A DNA stretch of 20,000 nucleotides from an uncultured virus (IMG/VR IMGVR_UViG_3300042447_001246) (taxonomy: Duplodnaviria > Heunggongvirae > Uroviricota > Caudoviricetes). The translations under genes and the position numbers were made by a program. The stretch lies in IMG/VR virus record IMGVR_UViG_3300042447_001246; one strand, 5' to 3'. This document shows, one piece after another, positions 8,645-15,909 of the stretch. The first letter of the stretch is position 1; each line of letters begins with the position of its first letter. The notes under the pieces were generated by a model. The model was not told the DNA's origin and ran no database searches. It was given only the letters and a program-made list of their open reading frames with translations.

Positions 8645-8801
8645 CCCGAATAACCAAAGCCTTTATATAGTCCGTAAGGGTAAGGTCGACTGCTTCAGCC
8701 TGAATAATAAGGCGCTCTTTAAACTCTCTAGAGACTTTAAGAGTAACGGTCGTACTCTCTTTGACTGGGTGGACAACTGGACGCCCCTGATTCCGTTTCA
8801 T
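8634..8801 (-). CDS. Ribbon-helix-helix protein (55 aa, not in ORF track)
   Basis: MKRNQGRPVVHPVKESTTVTLKVSREFKERLIIQAEAVDLTLTDYIKALVIRDGA: GRP plus a beta-strand and two helices. Overlaps the start of the next gene. Confidence 0.7.
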   Translation of the reverse strand: MKRNQGRPVVHPVKESTTVTLKVSREFKERLIIQAEAVDLTLTDYIKALVIRDGA

Positions 8802-8810
8802 AGCCAGATG

Positions 8811-8951
8811 TTAGCGGATAACTAGGTTATGGATGAGCAGGGCTATATAGGTAACAGAAAGAGCACGAATCCAGAAGGAGGCACGGGAATAGGAAATGAT
8901 GAAAATAGCCGCCAGCCCTATAAGGAAGAAGGTGTATTCGATGATTGACAT
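8811..8951 (-). CDS. Small membrane protein (46 aa, not in ORF track)
   Basis: MSIIEYTFFLIGLAAIFIISYSRASFWIRALSVTYIALLIHNLVIR. Tiles between neighbouring minus-strand genes. Confidence 0.55.
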   Translation of the reverse strand: MSIIEYTFFLIGLAAIFIISYSRASFWIRALSVTYIALLIHNLVIR

Positions 8952-8961
8952 AGGTGGCCTT

Positions 8962-9138
8962 TCAGACTGCGAGGGTAACTAGGAGACGGATTGCCCACCA
9001 GCATAGCCAGAGGTAGACGGAAATACCAGCAATCCAGAGAAAAGAAACGTATGTCCACTTCCAAAAGACTGAAAAAGAGGCAAAAAGCTTGCGTGCGTGC
9101 GGTTTTTTCGTTTCAAAATTTTTTTTGTCGGTGCTCAA
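8962..9138 (-). CDS. Small Trp-rich membrane protein (58 aa, TTG start)
   Basis: TTG immediately after the upstream TAG. Sequence MSTDKKNFETKKPHARKLFASFSVFWKWTYVSFLWIAGISVYLWLCWWAIRLLVTLAV. Confidence 0.5.
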   Translation of the reverse strand: MSTDKKNFETKKPHARKLFASFSVFWKWTYVSFLWIAGISVYLWLCWWAIRLLVTLAV

Positions 9139-9615
9139 CTACAAATCTTCCTTTTGTATGGCGTACTTGTCTTGCTCTAGCTTCTGGACTACCTGCTCAT
9201 ACGTGCGTACGAATACTTCCCTATCGCCATTGGTGTGCATGTCGTATGAAACTTCCCCTAATTTATTTAGCGTAATTTTTAGTGCCTCGTCGAAAGGGGG
9301 TCTTTCTGTTTGGGCACCGGAATGTACCTCTTTTAATATCCCCTGAAAAATACCCCAAGCAGAATAGGCATCTAAAAATGGGGGTATTTTATTACGGGTA
9401 TCTATTGCGGTGCGTCTTACGTCCCCAGGCCTGGGCATGAACTTGGCGTGTGTCGCTAGCTGGATGAAGGCCGACTTGACGTCCTCGTACTCTAAGTCGC
9501 GCAGTAACTCGTACCAGGCGTTAAAGGTTGCCTTCTCATCTACTTTCAGTAACTGTTGATTGTAGGTGGCGTATGCCTGTCTTACTATCTCGACTGTCTG
9601 CTCTTTGGTTATCAG
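9139..9615 (-). CDS. Replicative helicase loader/inhibitor G39P-like protein (non-canonical start)
   Basis: The frame of the 9139..9438 ORF stays open upstream: (L)ITKEQTVEIVRQAYATY...AWYELLRDLEYEDVKSAF.....KFMPRPGDV, resembling the G39P pattern. It follows the initiator-like gene. Confidence 0.65.
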   Translation of the reverse strand: MITKEQTVEIVRQAYATYNQQLLKVDEKATFNAWYELLRDLEYEDVKSAFIQLATHAKFMPRPGDVRRTAIDTRNKIPPFLDAYSAWGIFQGILKEVHSGAQTERPPFDEALKITLNKLGEVSYDMHTNGDREVFVRTYEQVVQKLEQDKYAIQKEDL

Positions 9616-10025
9616 AATGGTTCCTCGTTTGTGGTGTCGTCTGATACTAGGGCAAGAAAGCGCTCTATGTGCTCTGAGTCGCGCAGGATGAGTTCTATCT
9701 CGTTATACACACGGTTGTTCTTGTTGCGCCCCATATGGAAGTCTGAGAGGGAACAGCCAGTGATTGCGTCCCTACAGGCGTCTAGTCCATAGTCGTGTAT
9801 TGCAGCTCCTATAGCTTGCCGGCGTTTCTCATCTAGGGCTACGCGCTTCTTATTGAACGTTAGGACCCAGAAGTCAAATACTTCTTTTATTTGGTTCTGG
9901 TCTACAAGTAAGGATTTCTTGTTCTTACTGATTGTTGCAGCACGGGGGCGTTTCTGAGGTCCCCTTTTCTTAGCTGGTTCGGTCATTTCAAAAAGCCTTT
10001 CCACCACCGATATTTGTGAAGACAT
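9612..10025 (-). CDS. Phage replication initiator/replisome-organiser C-terminal-domain-like protein
   Basis: EVFDFW...LDEKRRQAI...YGLD...AI.G...SDFHMGRN...ELILRD. GGGGGAG SD. Paired with the G39P-like gene. Confidence 0.55.
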   Translation of the reverse strand: MSSQISVVERLFEMTEPAKKRGPQKRPRAATISKNKKSLLVDQNQIKEVFDFWVLTFNKKRVALDEKRRQAIGAAIHDYGLDACRDAITGCSLSDFHMGRNKNNRVYNEIELILRDSEHIERFLALVSDDTTNEEPF

Positions 10026-10338
10026 AGTTCTCCCCCTTGAAAGTTGAGTTTATAAGATTCGTAGGTGAATCTCTAACTTCTCTAAACCAAATTGTTTTTT
10101 CTTGGAAGAATGTTGCGACTCATAGTGAGTATGAGTTAACAACTAATTCCAAGGATAAAACTAATTGAATATAGAAAGACCTAATGACCCACTTTGGAAG
10201 GGGTCTGGGGAAACCTTTTTCTTCCGCAGACCCTATCGAGTACGTCGCCATGTAAGCCTTCTGAATATTTCAGAAAGTTAATCTAGGTGATTTAGTTGTA
10301 GGCCTACGTATTTCACTGGGAGCTACCCAGCGGCATTC

Positions 10339-10367
10339 AAGTTAGCAGAGTCTTCCACCACCGTCAA
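10339..10367 (-). promoter_or_regulatory. Sigma70/SigA-type leftward promoter containing the GGTGGTGGAA repeat in its spacer
   Basis: TTGACG-N17-TAACTT with TG immediately upstream of the -10 (TGcTAACTT). Confidence 0.65.
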
Positions 10368-10485
10368 CCTCGAAACAGATATTTTTAAGATTTTTTTTTC
10401 GGCTGTCTGGTTTGATTTATCCAGACCTGCGCACAGCTTGTGCACGGTTCCACAGCGGGGCTTTAACCTGTGATATATTTTACCC

Positions 10486-10596
10486 TCGATGCCGGAAGGT
10501 CCCCCCTTTCTCCTTTCGGTGTCACTCGACCCCGGGGTTGAGATAAAGCGGGTTAGTAGGTGGCGCGCTTGGTCTCCTCCGGGGTCACTTTCTTTT
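10486..10596 (+). ncRNA. Candidate small RNA (two hairpins, CU-rich loop, U-tract end)
   Basis: Extended -10 TGaTATATT at 10471-10479. Stem 10488-10499/10512-10523 has G-U pairs on the + strand. Second stem 10528-10537/10577-10586 is followed by CTTTCTTTT. Confidence 0.55.
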
Positions 10597-10612
10597 GCCG
10601 GCCGGCAGCAAA

Positions 10613-10957
10613 CTATTGTTCTTTTTGTCTTTGTCGTTCTGCGTTTATGCGGTAAAGCTCGATGCTTTCTTCAAACTTTTGAATCCAAACATCCCGGTCT
10701 TCGTAGAAGCTCCAATTTTCAAACAGCATCAACTCCGCTAGGACGACTTCCGAATTTAATGGGTATCCACTTAGCGCGCTAAACCATTCAACCTCGTATG
10801 CATTTGGTGTTCCGTATTGGTCCCTGCTAAAAACAGATTTAATGAATCCCTGGGTATTCACGTATCGGTGCTTTGGGTAGTATTCCAGGTATCCAGCTTC
10901 CAGGTGTTTGTGGACAAACCTGCCGACTAGACCTTCTGATGATTTTGTTTCTGTCAT
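10613..10957 (-). CDS. Hypothetical protein
   Basis: 114-aa ORF with a purine-rich upstream region, in the orientation of the leftward arm. Confidence 0.7.
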   Translation of the reverse strand: MTETKSSEGLVGRFVHKHLEAGYLEYYPKHRYVNTQGFIKSVFSRDQYGTPNAYEVEWFSALSGYPLNSEVVLAELMLFENWSFYEDRDVWIQKFEESIELYRINAERQRQKEQ

Positions 10958-11014
10958 GTTTCTCTTCTTTCGTTTAATAACGGATGGTCTTCCACCACCG
11001 TCATGTAAGTGGGG

Positions 11015-11563
11015 TTATTTTTTCTTCTTTTTCTTCCGGCGCGCAGCTTCCACCTCGTGTGCTGCCTCGTGCGCGAGTGCGTTTTTGGATTTGCTGCTCA
11101 GGTCGATATTCAGAAGAACTCTTTCGTATTCGTTGTTGAGGTCGGTACTCAGGAGAGCTTTCTGAATCTTTTTGATTCTTTTCCGGCGTCTTCTGGATGG
11201 CTTCTTCTTCGATATCTGGACCAGGGAGTACTTCCCGAATTCATTATCAATCAGCAGAGCGTCTGATTCGTTTACGTCCCAGACGGGTGGATAATTATCT
11301 AAATTTTGTGAGAGGAGGACATCGAGCGGGAAAGCTGCAGCGCCATCCATATTCTGGAATAATACGTACGGCCGCACGGTCTTCGAGTATTCGTCGTGCG
11401 CGCCGGCAACACCCCAGCCAATAATCTGAAATTTATGATATGTGCATTTAATCTTCAGCTTGCCATCTTTAACCACATCACCCATAACCAGGATTAGGTA
11501 AGCATAAAGCGGAGTTAATTGTGGGGTGAGCTGGAGCTCAGAAGATTCGAAGTGGGAGGCCAT
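11015..11563 (-). CDS. Hypothetical protein with highly basic patches
   Basis: AAGGAA SD. Basic runs KKKPSRRRRKR and terminal RRKKKKKK. Confidence 0.65.
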   Translation of the reverse strand: MASHFESSELQLTPQLTPLYAYLILVMGDVVKDGKLKIKCTYHKFQIIGWGVAGAHDEYSKTVRPYVLFQNMDGAAAFPLDVLLSQNLDNYPPVWDVNESDALLIDNEFGKYSLVQISKKKPSRRRRKRIKKIQKALLSTDLNNEYERVLLNIDLSSKSKNALAHEAAHEVEAARRKKKKKK

Positions 11564-11592
11564 AGTAAATTTTCCTTTTTTAGTGTTTTCCC

Positions 11593-11628
11593 CTCGAGCT
11601 CAGAACGTTAGCTGAAGCTGAGCTCGAG
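11593..11628. repeat. Perfect 11-bp inverted repeat (terminator or operator candidate)
   Basis: CTCGAGCTCAG-N14-CTGAGCTCGAG in an intergenic region. Confidence 0.6.
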
Positions 11629-11658
11629 AGAAATCTGTTAATTTTTTGATTTTTTTGA

Positions 11659-12297
11659 CTACTCAGCGGCCGGCGCCAGGGGAAGTAAAAACCAATTTCT
11701 TTCCCACATAATGCCGATTGACGCGTAACCGATGACATCGATGAAGTTATCCACCACCGATTCGTTTTCTGGGTTGGTTTCGTTCTGGAGGAGGTTCTCG
11801 AGTCGCGCAACTTTGTCATGCATTCTCACGAGTAGACCGGCGCGTCCGAATCGAGCAATGTTATGGTGCCCGTAATCGCGCTGCTTTCTAACCAAAATCT
11901 TCGAAATATCTTCTACGTGGCCGGCAAGCTCTTCGTCGATTTCTTTAAAAATTTCTTTCTTTTCTGCAACAACGGCGGCCGTCCGCCCAAGGATTGCCCA
12001 GTACTCAGCCGCCACATCTCCAGAAATATTCTTTTTTGACTCTGGTCCAATCTCGTCAATCAGGTAATCGAGATACTCCCTGACGTCTGACAGCCGGTCC
12101 CACGTGTTGAAAGAATGATTAAAAATCTGAAAAACTGCACGGCGTGCCGCGTCGTCCCAGGTAGTGGGCGGCTTCTTTTTACCGTAGACCCAGTCGACCA
12201 TTTTGACCAGGTCAAGCTGACCATCAGTCATGGTTTCCACCACCGTCGAATTAATAGGGACATCGAACTTCGTTTGTTGCATTACAGGTCCTTCCAT
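11659..12297 (-). CDS. DUF1599/Nmad1-like (MazG-superfamily, nucleotide-modification-associated) domain protein
   Basis: KQRDYG..NI...G..G..VRMHDKVARL.NL...ESV.D.FID.IGYA. Confidence 0.8.
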   Translation of the reverse strand: MEGPVMQQTKFDVPINSTVVETMTDGQLDLVKMVDWVYGKKKPPTTWDDAARRAVFQIFNHSFNTWDRLSDVREYLDYLIDEIGPESKKNISGDVAAEYWAILGRTAAVVAEKKEIFKEIDEELAGHVEDISKILVRKQRDYGHHNIARFGRAGLLVRMHDKVARLENLLQNETNPENESVVDNFIDVIGYASIGIMWERNWFLLPLAPAAE

Positions 12298-12722
12298 GTG
12301 GGTGGGTGTGCTTCACACTCTAGCGTAATTTTGTCATTCAGCAACTCCAGGAACTCAATCCATGCATCATCGCGCAGCCCCGCTTCTAGTTCCTCGATGT
12401 AATCTATTTGAGCTTGGATGTACTCCTTGGAAAAAGCAGCGAGTATTACGTTTGGATTCGAGCACGGAAACAACACCGGTCCATTCACATTGCCGATTGA
12501 TGACTCTGGCACGTGGATTGCTTTGATGGCATAATGACCATCAGTCGCGACGAACATAACGTTGTGTTCCCGCTGTTCAGTTTCTTTAAGTTCCTCGAGC
12601 ATGGCTGCGGCTACATCATCATTTATTCCGGACGCCGCGAGCGCTGCAGTTAACTCTTCTTTTCTTTCGAATGGGACCGATTTCTCGAAGTCATCAAATG
12701 GATTTTTCAATTGCACCTCCAT
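12282..12722 (-). CDS. Hypothetical acidic protein
   Basis: 146-aa ORF overlapping the start of the next gene. Confidence 0.65.
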   Translation of the reverse strand: MEVQLKNPFDDFEKSVPFERKEELTAALAASGINDDVAAAMLEELKETEQREHNVMFVATDGHYAIKAIHVPESSIGNVNGPVLFPCSNPNVILAAFSKEYIQAQIDYIEELEAGLRDDAWIEFLELLNDKITLECEAHPPTWKDL

Positions 12723-12834
12723 GGGCTGAGCTAATTGTACACGCGCGCATCCCAGATGTTAAGTTTTGTTGTAATAAATAATTAAATGTCAACTGTTTCC
12801 GTGAGGCAGCGAATGCCGTACTAGTCTCTGGTTT

Positions 12835-13206
12835 ATGGATAACACGACAAGATTCAATACCTACATTAAAGCCCTTTCTCAGTTCGCCGCGCGCGAAGGA
12901 CATTGCAATGTTCCAGCCATCCATACTGAAATTGTTGGAAATAATGATGTCACACTGGGAGCTTGGGTTGGCTATGTTCGCCAGAGACGCAGAAAAAATC
13001 AACTTTCTGAAGAGCGCGCATCGGCTATCCAGGCTGTTTCGGGTTGGCAATGGGGTCCACTGAAGCCTGGTCCTGCTACAGACGCTGACAGAAATTCTGA
13101 AATTTTGCAAATGCGCGCGGCGGGTTCTTCGCTCCGCCAAATTGCAGATAAGTTTGATTTGAGCCGGCAGCGCGTTCATCAAATAGTTAAAAATATTTCT
13201 ATTTAG
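12835..13206 (+). CDS. Helicase-associated (HA) domain fused to a C-terminal HTH
   Basis: F..REGHCNVP...LGAWV...R...L.EER...I...GWQW (HA domain), then SLRQIADKFDLSRQRVHQI (sigma70 region-4-like HTH). Confidence 0.8.
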   Translation: MDNTTRFNTYIKALSQFAAREGHCNVPAIHTEIVGNNDVTLGAWVGYVRQRRRKNQLSEERASAIQAVSGWQWGPLKPGPATDADRNSEILQMRAAGSSLRQIADKFDLSRQRVHQIVKNISI

Positions 13207-13343
13207 CTCAGCACCGGGTCGATAGAAATAGTTTAAAAAAATCGTTTTTTTGCTCTGACTCTGGGGCCGGCGCGGGAAGAAAAAAACTTTAAAAATTATC
13301 ATTTTTTATCCCTGGCTGCGGCCGGCTTTGATTGCAAAAAAAG

Positions 13344-13373
13344 TTGTAAATTTGATATCGGTATACCTGCACT
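13344..13373 (+). promoter_or_regulatory. Variant copy of the conserved phage promoter motif (rightward)
   Basis: TTGTAAATTTGATATCG has 1 mismatch to the motif. The -10 position reads TGCACT, a weak match. It lies upstream of the rightward gene at 13459. Confidence 0.5.
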
Positions 13374-13458
13374 TGAGCTTCGACGGATGGTTGCAAAAAA
13401 ATCATTTTTTTGAGCCATACCAGAACGTGCTTTGGTCTTCTGGATAGGATTAGGAATC

Positions 13459-13761
13459 ATGAAAAAGAAATCCTTTCCACCACCGTCATATAACGAACGA
13501 CACGGGTACGACCTGTACGACGACACGGAAGACGATGACGACGAATCAAAAAAGAACATTGCTGGCGCGCTAGCCGTTGGGCTCATCGGGCACGCAGCGA
13601 CAATCCTTTTGTACTCTGTCATCATCAACGGATTACTTTCAATAGCCCGAGAGTCCCGGGTATTCGATTGGCAAATTTCATTTCGCAATTTAGTGACTGC
13701 AGTATTTCTAGTGCAGGCGTTGCGAATTTGGGACAGGGCTATTCGCTCTCGTCAACGATAG
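13459..13761 (+). CDS. Small two-TM membrane protein
   Basis: AGGA SD before MKKKS, an acidic stretch, then two hydrophobic segments. Confidence 0.6.
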   Translation: MKKKSFPPPSYNERHGYDLYDDTEDDDDESKKNIAGALAVGLIGHAATILLYSVIINGLLSIARESRVFDWQISFRNLVTAVFLVQALRIWDRAIRSRQR

Positions 13762-14044
13762 TTAAGCGAGGCTGTCTGAACCCACTGGTTGGGTGATTGG
13801 ACTTGGACATCTCTATGGAGTGAACCATCTCTGTGAGGCTCACCCATATGCCGTCCAGCGGTAAAGAGAATTTAATTCTTTCTTCCTCTGTAAAGCGCGT
13901 TGCGTGGCTGAGTCTCGTCCATCCAAGTTCGTTATTCCAGTACATGTCAGGAGAGTCGTCATCGTGCTCGCTGACACTAAGAATTACGAATTCAAGAGGC
14001 TTGTCAATCGCCTTGTTCTGAATGAGGGTGAATTTATTCTGCAT
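13739..14044 (-). CDS. Hypothetical protein
   Basis: Likely start MQNK at 14044 (GGAG SD). Segment YWNNELGWT....ATRF. Confidence 0.65.
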   Translation of the reverse strand: MQNKFTLIQNKAIDKPLEFVILSVSEHDDDSPDMYWNNELGWTRLSHATRFTEEERIKFSLPLDGIWVSLTEMVHSIEMSKSNHPTSGFRQPRLTIVDESE

Positions 14045-14222
14045 TGAAAACTCCGTCGTTGTAATCCTGTACGAGTTCTGCCAGTAGACCATCAACAAAG
14101 TTTTCTACTCTTCCCTCAATCTCACTTCCGACGTTCTTCCATTCTTCATCGGTGAGCGGACCTTCAATCCAGTGTTCAAAATCTTCTCTAGTAACTGGTT
14201 CAAACTTTACTTCTTTTTCCAT
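14034..14222 (-). CDS. Small acidic hypothetical protein
   Basis: Strong AAGGAG SD. 62 aa. Confidence 0.75.
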   Translation of the reverse strand: MEKEVKFEPVTREDFEHWIEGPLTDEEWKNVGSEIEGRVENFVDGLLAELVQDYNDGVFNAE

Positions 14223-14270
14223 GACTGCTCCTTGTTAGTAGTTGTTAGTAATTCTATATCGAATTTAGTG

Positions 14271-14369
14271 AATCCCCCCAGCGTTGAAAGGAGGGTAAGG
14301 ACGCTGAGGGGATTACACCTGCGCTGATTAAAGCGCATGCCGTGGAGCGCAAGTCCGCACCCCACGGCA
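14271..14369 (-). ncRNA. Structured intergenic RNA (three hairpins, one with an anti-SD-like loop)
   Basis: Stems at 14338-14369 (13 bp with 2 G-U), 14320-14337 (6 bp) and 14271-14284/14301-14314 (14 bp with 1 G-U). Pairing is complete only on the minus strand. Confidence 0.5.
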
Positions 14370-14376
14370 CACCTCG

Positions 14377-15909
14377 TTAGATAAGTTCAGTTCCGTTCAG
14401 TTCCTTGTATGTTCGCTTAAACATTTCAGGATAGATACTCACTGCCTTATCGCCAGCCTTTAGTTTTTTCAGTTGGTCAATCGCTTCGTCAACATGAGGC
14501 ACAACAACGATGTTGTTTTTCTTGCAGAAGTTAATGCACTGCATAGCAAGCACTGCTTCATAGTTGCCACCCGCACCGCACACTCCACCGTCAGTTACCC
14601 AAATAATTGGTGACTTAGAAGTTTGCTTCTGCTTCACGCCCCACTCAATCGCAGGGAAGTCAACTCCGTTGCCGTATCCAACGCTCGGAAGTTCATTAAC
14701 CATTTTGCCTTTATGAGAAACAACCCAAAGGTTCGTTATGTTTGGGTCACCTTTATCGGTGTACACAGCCACAGTTGCACCCGGAGCATGCTCAATGATT
14801 CTCGTAAGTTGTTCTCTGCTGAATGACATTGAACCACTTCCGTCAATGATTACAACTCCACCAGTGCCACGAATTACCTTGTCAAAGATTCTCATCTGTG
14901 GGTCGGTAATCATTCGGTGCATTCGGCGTGGACGCATTCCCATATTGGAAGCAACACGTTTCTTGCCCAAGTTGCCTTTTGACAACACTGGCATTGGCAG
15001 AAACTCAATGTTCAGTTTTTGCCATGAAGCAACTCGGTATGTCGCATTGGAACTGGTGATTCCCTTGTATGGGTTTCCGTCCTCTTTGCCTTGGTCAGTT
15101 GGCTTGATTCCCTTGTTGGAGTGTTTGCCACTACCTTCACTGGTTTCGTCACCTTCCTCGCCCTCTGATTCCTCACCGTCTTGACCAAGAGCCTTGCGGA
15201 GTTTTGCTTCCTCACGCTCTCTGCGAGCCTTTTCTTTTTCCTCTGCTATCTGCTCGGGTGACTTTGCGCAAAGACGGTCAACCCATTCAGCCAGTCGTTC
15301 TGTGTGAACGAATCCCAAAGGGAATAGACCGCTAGTTGGGTCAACTTTTGTGGAAGCAAGGTTTGAATACTTGTCAGCCTTTTTCATTTCCTTGACTGCT
15401 CGCTTGGAGATATCAAGAAGTATCGCACCCCACTCTCGCTTGTGTCTGCGGATTCCGTTTAGCAATAGTTTGTTGGACGCAGTGCCAGCAGTAGCAACTG
15501 CCATTTGCACAGCACCAGCCCAATCCTCTGTCGCACCAAGTCGTTCACCGTCAGCCGTTTCTCCACCGTCTGCAAGGTCGTTCTTAACATCAAAGCCAGC
15601 CTTTTGGCAAAGATAGTTAACACGCAATTCCTCAACCACAGTCATTGATTCTTGGGTTGCAATCTTGCGTTCAATCCATTTCGACCAATCATCAGCAGGC
15701 GATACTTTTGCGTGAACCATTTCATGCGCACGAATTGCCCGAGCGAGTGAATCATCATCAGTAGGAACTTTCATTTCCCTTGTAACGATGTTGGTGCAAG
15801 GTTCGCCACGAATTGCACGAACCTCGCCCACCGTCCACACGCCACCTTCCACATCGTTGCGTGAAAGAAACTCGGGTTCAGCCGAGATACGTTTTTTCAC
15901 AGTTTTCAT
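14377..15909 (-). CDS. HExxH metallopeptidase-like plus vWA domain protein (CobT-like MoxR partner)
   Basis: RAHEMVH followed by EELRVN, an acidic linker, then MIDAS elements IIDGSGSM and VTDG. Confidence 0.85.
   Translation of the reverse strand: MKTVKKRISAEPEFLSRNDVEGGVWTVGEVRAIRGEPCTNIVTREMKVPTDDDSLARAIRAHEMVHAKVSPADDWSKWIERKIATQESMTVVEELRVNYLCQKAGFDVKNDLADGGETADGERLGATEDWAGAVQMAVATAGTASNKLLLNGIRRHKREWGAILLDISKRAVKEMKKADKYSNLASTKVDPTSGLFPLGFVHTERLAEWVDRLCAKSPEQIAEEKEKARREREEAKLRKALGQDGEESEGEEGDETSEGSGKHSNKGIKPTDQGKEDGNPYKGITSSNATYRVASWQKLNIEFLPMPVLSKGNLGKKRVASNMGMRPRRMHRMITDPQMRIFDKVIRGTGGVVIIDGSGSMSFSREQLTRIIEHAPGATVAVYTDKGDPNITNLWVVSHKGKMVNELPSVGYGNGVDFPAIEWGVKQKQTSKSPIIWVTDGGVCGAGGNYEAVLAMQCINFCKKNNIVVVPHVDEAIDQLKKLKAGDKAVSIYPEMFKRTYKELNGTELI

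Noticed and set aside
10489..10782. 97-aa plus-strand ORF
   Set aside because: It has no SD, overlaps a better minus-strand gene, and its 5' part is better explained as structured RNA. A leaderless peptide is not fully excluded.
12694..13302. 202-aa minus-strand ORF
   Set aside because: It is the antisense shadow of the HA-HTH gene, runs through A/T-tract intergenic DNA and has no recognisable motifs.
14251..14268. CTAAATTCGATATAG (minus strand) as a sixth copy of the promoter motif
   Set aside because: It has several mismatches, lacks TTGTAA and has no hexamer at the conserved spacing.
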